Source of the DNA: Propionibacteriaceae bacterium
Lineage (GTDB): Bacteria > Actinomycetota > Actinomycetes > Propionibacteriales > Propionibacteriaceae
Direction of reading: 5' to 3'
Assembly: GCA_031256725.1 (NCBI GenBank)
Contig: JAIRQE010000008.1
Location: 1 to 32,000, forward strand
DNA: 32,000 nt
The notes beneath the pieces are model-generated. The model was not told the origin of the DNA. It was given only the letters and a program-made list of their open reading frames with translations, and did no database searches. The translations under genes and the position numbers were made by a program. How positions within the stretch are numbered: the stretch's first letter is position 1; each line of letters starts with the position of its first letter. Shown one piece after another: positions 1 to 10,258 of the stretch.

Positions 1-339
1 TCACACCGAATATAGACACCATCATCCACCCCTCCCATATATCAGGTACTAACCTGAACTCTCCACCAAACCCACACCACCTGTCAACACCCATCCCACA
101 TACCGAAACAAACAACGCCTTTCGTTTAATGACATCTGTTTTTCTGCTGGGCGACCACCCCCCACAACCCACAAGCGAGGGACTTTCGGTTGAATCCGAA
201 AACAGTGACCGTCCCCACAGCCAACTGGCCACCACCTCTCGGCGATGGCCAGTTTGAGGAAAGGAGGAATGACGTTCATGGTCCAGAACTGAGGTCGCGG
301 TCTAACTAGGATGAGGTGAGCGCGACCCCAGCCTGGAGA

Positions 340-1830
340 CTAGAACCCTCGTGCTAATCGGTAATACGCGGCGTTCCAGCGCAGGAGGTCCTCGAAACCG
401 TCGCGTGTTGTAGATTCATCAATGAGGGCGAACTCCGTACCCGCCATGCGGGAGAACTCACGGAAATGGGCAGCGGTCAAAGCAGTAGACATCACAGTGT
501 GATGTGAGGAACCTGCAGTTAACCAACAGGCTGCCGAGGTATAGAAATCGGGATCTGGAACCCACATGGCCCGGCCCACAGGAAGATTAGGCATAAGTTC
601 ATCGGGGGGAACGACAGTGACCGTATTGGCGGTCAACCGGAAGCGATCACGCATATCCGACAGACCCACGACGATGCCACGACTACGGTCAGCATCGAAG
701 ACGAAACGTACAGGATCCTCCTTGCCGCCAATCCCCAAAGGATGGATCTCAACCCGAGGGGTACCCTTAGTCAAACTCGGGCAGACCTCAAGCATATGGG
801 CACCCAGGATCTTCTCCTTGCCAGGAACCAGATGGTAGGTGTAGTCCTCCATAAGCGAAGCACCACCATCAAGACCGGCACCCATGACCTTAGCGGCACG
901 AACAAGGATGGCTGTCTTCCAGTCCCCCTCGGCCCCAAACCCATAGCCATCAGCTTGGAGACGCTGTACAGACATACCTGGAAGCTGGCGAAGATCACCA
1001 AGATCCTCGAAGTTGGTGGTGAATGCCTTCGCATCATGGGCTTCCAGGAAACTGCGCAACGCGATTTCGAGCTTGGCCGAATAGATCAGGGAATCATAGC
1101 GATCCCCACCCTTGCGCAGATCGGCGACAACGTCGTACTCATCCTCGTAGGCTCCAGCCAAGATCTCAGCTTCTAAGTCGCCGACCTGAGCTACTGCCTC
1201 GACGAGATCGTTGACACCGTAGGTGTTCACTGATGTACCGAAGATATGCTCGGCCTCGGTTTTATCCCCCTCAGTGACAGCGACATTGCGCATGTTGTCA
1301 CCGAAACGTACGAGGTTCAACTGGCGGGAGGCTGCGTATCCAGCAGAGGCTCTCATCCATATATCGACCTGAGCCTGTACCTGTGGGTTCGAGACATGGC
1401 CGACCACTGTGGTACGCGCAATCCCAAGGCGGGACTCGATATAGGCGAACTCGCGGTCTCCGTGGGCGGCCTGGTTGAGGTTCATGAAGTCCATGTCTAT
1501 GGTGGCCCAAGGCAATTCCACATTGGCTTGGGTGTGGAGGTGAAGGAGAGGCTTCGCCAAACCATCAAGGCCAGCAATCCACATCTTGGCTGGAGAGAAG
1601 GTGTGCATCCAGGCGATGACACCAAGACATTCATCATCCCCATTGGCTTCCAACATGATGCGGCGAATAGCATCCTTGCTAGTCAACACGGGTTTCCAGG
1701 TCACAGGTATCGCTAACCCAGCACCATTCAACTCAGCCACGATCTGCTTGGAGTTGTTGGCAACCTGTACTAGGGTCTCCTCACCATAAAGGTGTTGAGA
1801 ACCCGTGAGAAACCAAATCGTGGGTGACAT
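340..1830 (-). CDS. araA: L-arabinose isomerase
   Basis: 496-aa ORF. The N-terminus [20 protein letters not shown] and the overall length are typical of AraA. It is the last gene of an araB-araD-araA array. Confidence 0.92.
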   Translation of the reverse strand: MSPTIWFLTGSQHLYGEETLVQVANNSKQIVAELNGAGLAIPVTWKPVLTSKDAIRRIMLEANGDDECLGVIAWMHTFSPAKMWIAGLDGLAKPLLHLHTQANVELPWATIDMDFMNLNQAAHGDREFAYIESRLGIARTTVVGHVSNPQVQAQVDIWMRASAGYAASRQLNLVRFGDNMRNVAVTEGDKTEAEHIFGTSVNTYGVNDLVEAVAQVGDLEAEILAGAYEDEYDVVADLRKGGDRYDSLIYSAKLEIALRSFLEAHDAKAFTTNFEDLGDLRQLPGMSVQRLQADGYGFGAEGDWKTAILVRAAKVMGAGLDGGASLMEDYTYHLVPGKEKILGAHMLEVCPSLTKGTPRVEIHPLGIGGKEDPVRFVFDADRSRGIVVGLSDMRDRFRLTANTVTVVPPDELMPNLPVGRAMWVPDPDFYTSAACWLTAGSSHHTVMSTALTAAHFREFSRMAGTEFALIDESTTRDGFEDLLRWNAAYYRLARGF

Positions 1831-1851
1831 TGTCTGCCTTTCATTGTGGGC

Positions 1852-2520
1852 CTATTGCCCATATACATTCTTGTAGCGGTCGTAGAGTCGGTCAATGTCT
1901 GCCTGGTCGATCAGATGGGGATCACCCAAGAGGCGAGCCATGTGTACAGTCTTGGCAACCTCCTCACACATGGCTGCCGTTTTGACTGCCGCCCGAGCAT
2001 CCTTGCCAATAGTGAAGGGTCCGTGATTAGCCATGAGTACAGCTGGAGATCGTGAAGCCTTGAGGGTTTCCACGATCCCGCGTCCAATGGAATCATCCCC
2101 AATGAGGGCAAAGGGCCCCACAGGGATCTCTCCCCCAAACTCATCACCCATCATCGTTAAGACACAGGGAATCGACTCACGACGAGCCGCCCATGCAGTG
2201 GCATAGGTGGAATGTGTGTGAACAACCCCGCCCACTTCCGGCATGTGCTGATAGACGTACCCGTGGGCAAAGGTATCCGAACTTGGGGAATAATCCCCTT
2301 CGACAAGATTCCCCTTGAAGTCAGTAACAACCATGGATTCAGCCGTGAGATCCTCATAGGCAACACCGGAGGGTTTGATCACCATGAGGTCTGCCCCAGG
2401 TACCCGTGCAGAGATGTTGCCTGCTGTCCACACAACCAGATCCCACCGAATCAATTCACTATGGAGTGCTGACACCTCCGCCCGCAGACGAAGGATCTGG
2501 GTGGCCACATCTGTACTCAT
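1852..2520 (-). CDS. araD: L-ribulose-5-phosphate 4-epimerase
   Basis: 222-aa class II aldolase/epimerase-like ORF (..GNISARV.., ..VVHTHSTYATAWA..). It lies between the kinase and the isomerase. Confidence 0.9.
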   Translation of the reverse strand: MSTDVATQILRLRAEVSALHSELIRWDLVVWTAGNISARVPGADLMVIKPSGVAYEDLTAESMVVTDFKGNLVEGDYSPSSDTFAHGYVYQHMPEVGGVVHTHSTYATAWAARRESIPCVLTMMGDEFGGEIPVGPFALIGDDSIGRGIVETLKASRSPAVLMANHGPFTIGKDARAAVKTAAMCEEVAKTVHMARLLGDPHLIDQADIDRLYDRYKNVYGQ

Positions 2521-2531
2521 ATGTGCTCTTC

Positions 2532-4091
2532 CTAGGAGGTTTCAACTGCCGTACGCAGAACAGGGATGGCTTTCTCATAGGCTTCCAGGAACCTTGTATA
2601 ACCTTCGACATCGTCAGGATCGGGTGCGATAGTCTCAATCTGAGCATCAGCAAAGACCACACTTACCAAGAAATCAGCGAGACTGAGTTCCCGGCTATCC
2701 AGTGCATAAGAAGCAAGGACTGCCATCCCCCATGCGCCACCCTCGGCTGCAGTTTCACCAACACTGACTGGGGTTGATAGTGCGGCTGCCATCAGGGATT
2801 GGGCCACACCCTTGGTGGCGAAGATCCCACCATGGGCGAACATGGAATCGACCTCAACATTCTCAGATTCGAGGATGCGCATTCCTAGGCTCAAGGTACC
2901 AAAGGAACTCATGATCAGTGTTCTCATGAAGTTTGCGAGGTTGAGTTTCGAGTCCGGAGTACGCAGAATCAGCGGTCTACCTTCCTCCAAGCCTGTGATC
3001 GGCTCACCTGCGAGATAGTTGTATGCGAGGATCCCCCCGCCGTCCTTATCACCGTCAAGTGCTGCCCCGAATAGTGTCGCAAAGACCTGGTTGGTGTCGA
3101 GTTCGCATCCGGCCTTCGCCGCAAACTGACTGAAAATCTGAGCCCAGGCATCAATCTCCGATGCGCCATTATTGCAATGCACCATGGCGACAGGATCCCC
3201 TGCAGGTGTGGTCACCATATCGATCTCTGGATGAAGATCAGCCAACTCTCGTTCGAGGACAATCATGGCGAAGATAGAGGTACCCGCCGAGATATTTCCG
3301 GTACGCGGGGCCACTGCATTGGTGGCAACCATTCCCGTACCAGCATCTCCTTCAGGGGGACATAGGGGAATACCTGCTTGAAGGACGCCAGCTGGATCAA
3401 GGAGGAGCGCTCCTTCGGCGGTCAAGATTCCTGCGTCTGCGCCGGCGTCGCGTACCTCTGGAAGGATCCCAGCCAGGGTGATACCGGCACCTGCTGCATC
3501 CAGCTTGGCTTGGGTTTTTCCTAAGCGCGGCCCATCCCACCCATGGGCCGCATCAATGGGAAAGACTCCCGAAGCATCGCCCACTCCTAGGATTTTCTCG
3601 CCGGTCAGCTTCCAATGGACGTACCCAGACAAGGTGGTCAGGAAACTAATCTGCGAAACATGGGGTTCGCCGTTCAGTACAGCCTGATAGAGGTGGGCGA
3701 TCGACCACCTTTGAGGAATCGTGAACCCAAGTTCCTTGGTCAACTCCTCACTGGCATGGTGAGTGATGGTGTTGCGCCAAGTACGGAAAGGCACCAAGAG
3801 TTCACCTGTTTCATTGAAGGCAAGGTACCCATGCATCATCGCGGAGATTCCAATAGTGGACACCGAGGTGAGGGCTGTTCCTGTGGCCTTCTTATACTCC
3901 TCGGCTAGGCGAGCATACGCCTTCTGTACCCCTGCCCAGGCATCCTCTAAGGCATAGGACCAGATCCCGTCAACCAAGTGGTTTTCCCATGTATGGGACC
4001 CCACCGCAATGACATCCATAGACTCATTAATGATCACAGCCTTGATGCGAGTCGATCCGAACTCGATACCCAGTGAATACCGCTCAGTCAT
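2532..4091 (-). CDS. araB: Ribulokinase (FGGY carbohydrate kinase family)
   Basis: FGGY-type N-terminus (YSLGIEFGSTRIKAV) and first position in the ara operon. I moved the start to MTERY (ATG at 4091) because GGAGG sits 5 nt upstream; the track start is 4103. Confidence 0.85.
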   Translation of the reverse strand: MTERYSLGIEFGSTRIKAVIINESMDVIAVGSHTWENHLVDGIWSYALEDAWAGVQKAYARLAEEYKKATGTALTSVSTIGISAMMHGYLAFNETGELLVPFRTWRNTITHHASEELTKELGFTIPQRWSIAHLYQAVLNGEPHVSQISFLTTLSGYVHWKLTGEKILGVGDASGVFPIDAAHGWDGPRLGKTQAKLDAAGAGITLAGILPEVRDAGADAGILTAEGALLLDPAGVLQAGIPLCPPEGDAGTGMVATNAVAPRTGNISAGTSIFAMIVLERELADLHPEIDMVTTPAGDPVAMVHCNNGASEIDAWAQIFSQFAAKAGCELDTNQVFATLFGAALDGDKDGGGILAYNYLAGEPITGLEEGRPLILRTPDSKLNLANFMRTLIMSSFGTLSLGMRILESENVEVDSMFAHGGIFATKGVAQSLMAAALSTPVSVGETAAEGGAWGMAVLASYALDSRELSLADFLVSVVFADAQIETIAPDPDDVEGYTRFLEAYEKAIPVLRTAVETS

Positions 4092-4234
4092 GAAAACCTC
4101 CACAATGCCCTTGTCGATATCCTAGTCACCATAGACCCTATTTTCCCCATGTGTCTGGATTCACGACCCTACGTGGATCTGCATAGATCAGCCCACATGA
4201 CACAGTAGTGCAGAACTCAACAATTCTTATCTTA

Positions 4235-4250
4235 ATGTTAACGCTAACAT
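4235..4250. promoter_or_regulatory. Candidate LacI-family operator (imperfect 16-bp palindrome ATGTTAACGCTAACAT)
   Basis: 14 of 16 positions are self-complementary around a central CG. It lies in the divergent araB/regulator intergenic region. Confidence 0.55.
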
Positions 4251-4380
4251 GTCTGAAGTGTCAAGAGAATTCCCATGAAGCATCCTGGAGTTTTCACCTG
4301 CCGACAAGGAGATTGAATCATCAGCACAGTGATCGTGAACACTGCCCCTATTCTTTCCAAAAAAGTCCTAAACTGAAGGT

Positions 4381-5394
4381 ATGGAGGCATCTCGCACATC
4401 ACCTACAATTGCCGATGTCGCGGCCCTGGCTGGGGTCTCCCACCAGACCGTATCTCGGGTACTCAACAACCATCCCTCAGTGTCGGCGAAGACCCGCCAC
4501 AAAGTGAGGGAAACCATTGCAACCTTGGGGTATCGCCGCAACCTCGCTGCACGTACCCTCGCCACGGGGAATAGCCGCATTATTGGTGTCATGGTTACGA
4601 GTACCCATCTCTCCGGCCCGTCAGGATCCCTGCTCGCTATCGAGCAGACAGCGCGAGCACAAGGATATTGGGTCTCTATGGCAGGCATTCAAGGAGGGGA
4701 ACCAGATGAGGTACTTGAGGTCATCTCCCACTTTATTGACCAGGGAGTGGATGGGATCATCGCTGTTGTCCAAACCCAAACAGCAGTCGATGCCACCATC
4801 AAGGCATCCGGCGGGATGCCCACTGTACTGGTCACCTCCGGCGTTGTGCCAGACAACCTTCCCTCAGTGGATATCGACCAGTACACAGGCGCCAAACAGG
4901 CGATGACCATTCTCAAAGGCCTAGGTCACACAAATATTGCCCATGTCTCGGGCCCGTGTGATGACCTCCATTCAGAGTTACGTGCAGCCGCTTGGCGAAG
5001 TTCCCTGCCTCCCAGCGTCTCCAATCAAGGGATCATCTTTGAAGGGGATTGGAACTCATGGTCAGGATACTGCTGCACAATGTCACTACTGGCCCTAGAA
5101 GAACTGCCTACTGCTATCTTTGCTGGGAATGACCACATGGCCTTCGGGGTTCTTCGAGCCCTCAACGAACGTGGAATGAAAGTACCCCAAGACATATCAG
5201 TTGTTGGCTTTGATGATATCGGCGGAGCCGACTGTTCGATCCCTCCCTTGACAACCATTCATCAGGATCATCACGCTTTGGGACAAGCAGCCATGGAACT
5301 CGTATTAGAGGCCATTGATGGTCGGCCTGCACGCTCGGTGAAGATTCCTACTCAGTTGATTGTACGATCCTCGACTGGCGTACCTAGTCGCTAA
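4381..5394 (+). CDS. LacI-family transcriptional regulator, probable arabinose repressor
   Basis: N-terminal HTH (TIADVAALAGVSHQTVSRVLNN) followed by a periplasmic-binding-protein-like sugar-binding core. It is divergent from araBDA. Confidence 0.85.
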   Translation: MEASRTSPTIADVAALAGVSHQTVSRVLNNHPSVSAKTRHKVRETIATLGYRRNLAARTLATGNSRIIGVMVTSTHLSGPSGSLLAIEQTARAQGYWVSMAGIQGGEPDEVLEVISHFIDQGVDGIIAVVQTQTAVDATIKASGGMPTVLVTSGVVPDNLPSVDIDQYTGAKQAMTILKGLGHTNIAHVSGPCDDLHSELRAAAWRSSLPPSVSNQGIIFEGDWNSWSGYCCTMSLLALEELPTAIFAGNDHMAFGVLRALNERGMKVPQDISVVGFDDIGGADCSIPPLTTIHQDHHALGQAAMELVLEAIDGRPARSVKIPTQLIVRSSTGVPSR

Positions 5395-5456
5395 ACGACC
5401 CTTCATGTGGTCTCGTGTCCCCCTCAAGGGGTTATCCCGCACCTCACCTCATACAT

Positions 5457-6293
5457 TTATGGGGTGACCTCAAAGGTGATCTCTGGGTTGAAGGCGGCCC
5501 GTCGTACTGTTCTTCTGAAGGCAGCCAGAACAGGCAGGCCTACGAGAACGAGAAGGACTGAATTTGTGATGGCTCGACCGGTATCCCATACGGCTGTTGA
5601 GGTGATGAGGGAGAAGACCAGGAACCTGCGGAGATTGTCGATCAGTGAACCACCTGGGATATAGGCCAGTTCGGTTGTACCCACCATGGAGGGGCCGATC
5701 AGATAGGGCCAGAACCACAGGTTCATGATCATTCCGAAGAAATACGCTGTGAAGATACCATAGATCACGAGCATGAGGATCTCCCATTTCCCGCGAATCA
5801 TCCGCCCAAAGATGGAGTTGGGCAGCAATCCTGCACCCATACCGATCCATGCTGAGGCAAGCATCTGGAAGGGCATCCAGGGTCCAACACCAGCAGTGAG
5901 TAGTGCGGAAGCGAACAGGGAGGTACATCCCAAAACAAAGCCGAACCCGGGGCCAAAAACCCGTCCAGCAAGGATAAGCAGAAAGAAGACGGTCTCTATT
6001 CCACCTGTACCTGCTCCCAAGGGTCGAAGGGCAGCATTGATCGCGCTTAGTACCCCCAGGATCGCCAACGCTTTAGCATCCATCCCCTTTTCGGAGATCT
6101 GAGCCAGTACAAGGAAAACCAAGAGCGGCAAAATAGCGATGAAGATAAATGGGGAGGTGGAGACCATCCCATCCTCGACCCGTACAGGAATGAGCAAGGG
6201 CCACGAGAACATAGCCAGCCCTGCCACCGTGAGGATGGTGAGCATGAGGGCAGACTTCCACTCAAGGGGTACTGGGTTATGGATCTGGTTCAC
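5457..6293 (-). CDS. ECF transporter substrate-specific (S) component, substrate unknown (corrinoid inferred from context)
   Basis: 278-aa polytopic hydrophobic protein. It is the last gene of the operon and overlaps the ATPase stop by 4 nt. Confidence 0.75.
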   Translation of the reverse strand: MNQIHNPVPLEWKSALMLTILTVAGLAMFSWPLLIPVRVEDGMVSTSPFIFIAILPLLVFLVLAQISEKGMDAKALAILGVLSAINAALRPLGAGTGGIETVFFLLILAGRVFGPGFGFVLGCTSLFASALLTAGVGPWMPFQMLASAWIGMGAGLLPNSIFGRMIRGKWEILMLVIYGIFTAYFFGMIMNLWFWPYLIGPSMVGTTELAYIPGGSLIDNLRRFLVFSLITSTAVWDTGRAITNSVLLVLVGLPVLAAFRRTVRRAAFNPEITFEVTP

Positions 6294-8029
6294 CAGGAGA
6301 CCTCAGATTCATACCCTCTGGGATCGTGTACGCCGTCATCATGGGAGTCTTCCAAATTCAGTGCTTGACCAACCTGATAGGCAGTCAACCAGCGCTCTGG
6401 ATATAACACCTTGGCAACCTGGGGTGCGAATAAGGCCGAGGTACCAAGTACCTCAGGAGCCGTACCAGATTGGATCACCTCCCCGGCAGCCATGACAATG
6501 ATCTGGTCTGCAACCTCAGCAGCAAATTCCACATCGTGGGTCACTACCCCAACACTTCTCCCCTCCCAGGCCATCTCCTCAAGGATCTGGGCCAGTGATG
6601 CCTTGGCGGGGTAATCAAGTCCGCGAGTGGGCTCATCCAAGAGGATCACATGGGGCCGGGCTGTGAGTTGTATCGCGAGCACCAAACACAGTTGCTGACC
6701 CTGGGATAGATCCCTCGGATGGCTTCGAGAATCAACCTGAGGAGCCAGAGCATCAAGGATTTGCCGACACAACCCCGACTCGCATCCCGATTCCCTATCG
6801 GCAGCCTGGCATTCCTCTTCCACGCTTGACAGGTACAGCAGGTCACACGCGGTTTGAGGTACAAGACGTACGAGGTCACGTACCTTGTCTGGCCCCTTGT
6901 TTTCCAGGTCAATCCCATCGACGGAATACCGACCGGAGTCCATCTTTTGCACCCCTGTCAAAGCCCACAACAGACTGGACTTTCCTGAACCATTTCGACC
7001 CATGATGACAGTGATCTTGCCTGGGGGGAGGCTGAGTGAGACATTATTAACCGCGCATGTATGTCCGTACATTATCCGTACATTCTTAGTGGTGAGACCA
7101 TCCGATTCGATGGCCTCCAGTCGCTGGGTACCTGATGGTTTCAATGAAGGATCAGCCAGACGTACAGAGGATCTCCCCTGGGCAGGAGGGACACGGCGAA
7201 AGCGACCAGGGTCCTTCGTGACCAGTGCTGCGCGTATCGGATCAGCCATCCGTCGGGCATCACGTACCGATAAGGGGACCTCAGGAAAGGAGGCTATTCG
7301 ACCCAAGGCAACCACAGGTGGTACCAAGGAACTCGCCTCCATGATCAAGCGGGTCTCCCCCTGGGTAACCCCACCACGCCCATCAAGGAGGAGCATTTGA
7401 TCAGCATATCCAGCAACCCTCTCCAAACGATGCTCGGCGATGATGACTGTGAGACCAAGATCATGGACCAGCCTCAACAAAGCAGCAAGTACCTCCTCCG
7501 ATGAGACCGGATCAAGGGCCGACGTGGGCTCGTCAAGAACAAGTACCCTTACTCCCGTAGCGAGAACAGAACCGACGGCGACCCGTTGCTGCTGACCACC
7601 TGAGAGGGTTCTCAAAGGGCGATTGCGAAGATCGGCAAGACCAAGAATGTCAAGAGTCTCCTCCACCCGTGTCCTCATCTGTTGAGGATCAATCCCAAGC
7701 TGCTCCATTCCATAGGCCAACTCCTCCTCCACGATGTCGGTCACGAAACCAGCGAGAGGATTCTGATTGACAACCCCAATCACATGGGCCAAGTCACGGG
7801 GAGGATGCTGGGCAGTATCAAGCCCCTCAACCTCGACGCGACCAGTCACAATCCCACCAGTGAAATGGGGTACATGCCCATTGATGGCACCCAGGAGGGT
7901 GGATTTCCCTGACCCAGTACGACCCGCCACAAGGATGAGTTGACCATCAGCCAACTCCAAGTTGATGTCACGGATCACAGGCTCCTGGTCGACCCCATAC
8001 CGTATTGATACAGAATCAAAGCGAATCAT
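6290..8029 (-). CDS. Fused ECF/ABC ATPase (EcfA-EcfA' type, two ABC cassettes)
   Basis: Two Walker A motifs (GRTGSGKST, GRNGSGKSS), two signature motifs (LSGGQQQRV, LSQGQQLCL) and two Walker B motifs (LVLDEPTS, ILLDEPTR). Confidence 0.9.
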   Translation of the reverse strand: MIRFDSVSIRYGVDQEPVIRDINLELADGQLILVAGRTGSGKSTLLGAINGHVPHFTGGIVTGRVEVEGLDTAQHPPRDLAHVIGVVNQNPLAGFVTDIVEEELAYGMEQLGIDPQQMRTRVEETLDILGLADLRNRPLRTLSGGQQQRVAVGSVLATGVRVLVLDEPTSALDPVSSEEVLAALLRLVHDLGLTVIIAEHRLERVAGYADQMLLLDGRGGVTQGETRLIMEASSLVPPVVALGRIASFPEVPLSVRDARRMADPIRAALVTKDPGRFRRVPPAQGRSSVRLADPSLKPSGTQRLEAIESDGLTTKNVRIMYGHTCAVNNVSLSLPPGKITVIMGRNGSGKSSLLWALTGVQKMDSGRYSVDGIDLENKGPDKVRDLVRLVPQTACDLLYLSSVEEECQAADRESGCESGLCRQILDALAPQVDSRSHPRDLSQGQQLCLVLAIQLTARPHVILLDEPTRGLDYPAKASLAQILEEMAWEGRSVGVVTHDVEFAAEVADQIIVMAAGEVIQSGTAPEVLGTSALFAPQVAKVLYPERWLTAYQVGQALNLEDSHDDGVHDPRGYESEVSW

Positions 8030-9311
8030 CGTTCCCCCTCACGCAAATCTCCCCACTGTTCACCCCAAGCGGTGAAAACCCCCTCAAAACCATCGCATTA
8101 TGATGCTGAGTGACGGAAATGGATGGGTTTTCACCCCAATTCTCGCCATGATGCAACCCAAACCCACCATTTTGTGTATCCGCACCCAGAAAACCGACGG
8201 ATTTATGGGGGTTTTCCACCACTCGCGTTGAAGGAGTCTCAGCAGGGGGACTCATGAATGCAGGAAGAAGGAGCACAACGATGGTACCAATGGCGAGAAT
8301 ACTCACATCCGGCCATCCAAGAGGAGACACAGGAGGGAAGGCCACCATCGGTTGAAAGATACCAAGGATGAGGATCCCCACACAGGCAGCTACCCCCGAC
8401 CCGAGGACCAACCACTCAGCAGCCAGCATCGTGTCAGGACGGTACCTACTCCTGACGACTCGCCGACCTGAGAGTCTCAACCCAACCAGCCCAGCAACAA
8501 GACCAAAAACCACCATGGGTACCCCCATCCACAGTGGCGTGAACCCGGTATCCAACAATCCATAGGCACCCACACACAATGCCAGGGATGACACGACAAG
8601 CAGCACAGATGTCAACCGTCGAGAGAACACCGACACCGCCATTGACCTCCCATAGCCACGCGAATCCATGGCAGCAGCCAGGACCAGGGAGCGGTCCAAC
8701 CCATCCGAGAGTACAGGCATCGCCACGTTCTTGATCAGATGGGCCCCCTTTCCTGTCTCTGCACGAAGTTGTCGGGCCCTTCGTACCCTTCCAAAAGACT
8801 CAGCCAACTGGGGAAAGATCGATAAGGCGATGACCACCACTGTCCCCCACTCATAGAGCGCACCTGGTACGGCAGCCAAAAGTCGCTTCGGGTTCGCCAA
8901 AGCGTTCGCAGCACCAATAGCCACAACCATTGCCGCCAACTGTAGAGCCGAGATTCCAGCACCCAAGAGCGCCTCCGCAGAAACCGGACCAAAGAGTCTG
9001 ACAGAATCCAGAATTCCTGGAAGAGTCAGTGTTGGAAGATGGAAGAGAACAGTGGGTCCCTGCGCCGAGAACACGATCCTCAACAGGATACGTATAGTCA
9101 CAATGAAGCATGCAAGATAGACATAAAGCCTAAAAGCCATAGCCCAGGGCGCACTTCCACGACGCAGGATCACCGTCAAAAAAACGACAGAGATAAGCAG
9201 CCCAAGGATCGCTGGATTTGTTGTACGTGACGCGACGACCGCGCATCCAATAGCCCATGCCCACCATGCACCTGGGTGCAAGGATCTAGGAGTAAGGAGT
9301 CGAAGGGCCAT
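8016..9311 (-). CDS. ECF transporter transmembrane (T) component, EcfT/CbiQ family, with an unusual C-terminal tail
   Basis: Multi-TM protein with the coupling-helix motif AAMDSRGYG. I moved the start to MALRLL (9311), which removes a 91-nt overlap with the upstream gene; the track start is 9407. The last ~75 aa are non-hydrophobic and rich in G, H and N. Confidence 0.8.
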   Translation of the reverse strand: MALRLLTPRSLHPGAWWAWAIGCAVVASRTTNPAILGLLISVVFLTVILRRGSAPWAMAFRLYVYLACFIVTIRILLRIVFSAQGPTVLFHLPTLTLPGILDSVRLFGPVSAEALLGAGISALQLAAMVVAIGAANALANPKRLLAAVPGALYEWGTVVVIALSIFPQLAESFGRVRRARQLRAETGKGAHLIKNVAMPVLSDGLDRSLVLAAAMDSRGYGRSMAVSVFSRRLTSVLLVVSSLALCVGAYGLLDTGFTPLWMGVPMVVFGLVAGLVGLRLSGRRVVRSRYRPDTMLAAEWLVLGSGVAACVGILILGIFQPMVAFPPVSPLGWPDVSILAIGTIVVLLLPAFMSPPAETPSTRVVENPHKSVGFLGADTQNGGFGLHHGENWGENPSISVTQHHNAMVLRGFSPLGVNSGEICVRGNDDSL

Positions 9312-9316
9312 GGTAG

Positions 9317-10258
9317 TTATGCTACGCCCGAGCGACGTCGATACCACACGATGCCCGCTACCACACCGTTTGCCAGGATCAACCCCAGGGCAAGGATCAC
9401 ACCCCACGGTACTCCCCCAGACTTCTCATCAGGAACCTCAGTTTCTCTGGGCGAAAGTTGGGCAGAAGAAGGGGTACCAGCAGTCGAGGCAGTGGCAGTC
9501 ACCACGCTCGGTGACACTGAATCCGTTGGAGTCTCACGAGACTGGGTTGGATGATCGCCTGCGGTTGTATCTGAAGCTGGTTTAGCTCCCTGGGTACTTG
9601 ATGGCTTCACCACAGGTGGATGAGAGGTCACTGGGGGCGGCGGTGGCGGTGGCGGTGGGGCTTCGGTGGTCGGAGGCTTCGGAGGATCCGCCCAGAATGC
9701 AGGAGAAATCCCTGGTCTCGGTCCAGAGCCAAAGGCAGCACCAAGGGCAAAAGACCATCCCTCGTAGCTTCCGAACTTTACACGTCGACTGTTCGCTCCC
9801 TGACTCGAATAAGTCCAGGATCCTCCTGCATCCGCATGCCAATAGACCCAGTAAGCTGACCCAGGAGGTGTGTTCACGCAGGACTCCATGTAGGACTCAC
9901 CATTGGGCAGGGTTATCGACTCTGAAGGGCCTGGGCGGTTGTTGATCCGGCACACGAAACTGCCTCCATCATGGGTGGTCCCCTGAACAGAAGCAACCGT
10001 TCTCAAAACATCCATACCCGTAGAACCATTCGCCAGATTTGAGACACAGTACTGCAAGGTTCCCCCACCAAGACTCTGGTAGTCGATCACTATAGAAACC
10101 GCATTCGCGTCATTGGTCAAGCATGGACCTGTACGTACGCTTGCCGCCGAGGCCTGGGGTACAACCTCCCAAGCCTCGGACACAAAAAGGGTACTGGTGG
10201 CGACCATGATAGTCGCCACCGTACCTAGAAGGATTCTTCTCACGGAAGTACGACCCAC
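9317..10258 (-). CDS. Secreted, C-terminally membrane-anchored protein with a DUF4430-like domain
   Basis: Signal peptide (MGRTSVRRILLGTVATIMVATSTLFV..ASA). The globular domain (AVSIVIDYQSLGG..YWVYWHADAGGSWTYSSQGA..GSYEGWSFA) is followed by a poly-Pro linker and a Ser/Thr/Pro-rich stalk. The C-terminal TM helix is followed by RRRS. Confidence 0.6.
   Translation of the reverse strand: MGRTSVRRILLGTVATIMVATSTLFVSEAWEVVPQASAASVRTGPCLTNDANAVSIVIDYQSLGGGTLQYCVSNLANGSTGMDVLRTVASVQGTTHDGGSFVCRINNRPGPSESITLPNGESYMESCVNTPPGSAYWVYWHADAGGSWTYSSQGANSRRVKFGSYEGWSFALGAAFGSGPRPGISPAFWADPPKPPTTEAPPPPPPPPPVTSHPPVVKPSSTQGAKPASDTTAGDHPTQSRETPTDSVSPSVVTATASTAGTPSSAQLSPRETEVPDEKSGGVPWGVILALGLILANGVVAGIVWYRRRSGVA

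Noticed and set aside
1-279. A stop-free frame (+3) runs from the window edge to ~275 in a strikingly C-rich, G-poor stretch, and the track lists a 76-aa minus-strand ORF at 49-279.
   Set aside because: The plus frame has no start inside the window, and I recognise no motif in either translation. The minus ORF reads like a G-rich antisense artefact. This could be the 3' end of a gene or IS remnant, but I cannot support a call.
290-330. The GGTCGCG...CGCGACC inverted repeat downstream of araA, considered as a terminator.
   Set aside because: It has only a 7-bp stem with a ~21-nt loop and no U-run on the minus strand. That is too weak to call.
566-4000. Many 60-170-aa ORFs lie antisense to, or out of frame within, araA, araD and araB. 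The same occurs inside nearly every other large gene in the window.
   Set aside because: They are fully nested in confidently identified genes, and their translations are Arg/Pro/Ser-rich and low-complexity. That is typical of spurious frames in GC-biased DNA.
9312-9407. The longer EcfT start at 9407 given in the ORF track.
   Set aside because: It would overlap the upstream gene by 91 nt and add a non-hydrophobic leader. The Met at 9311 begins 5 nt after the upstream stop.
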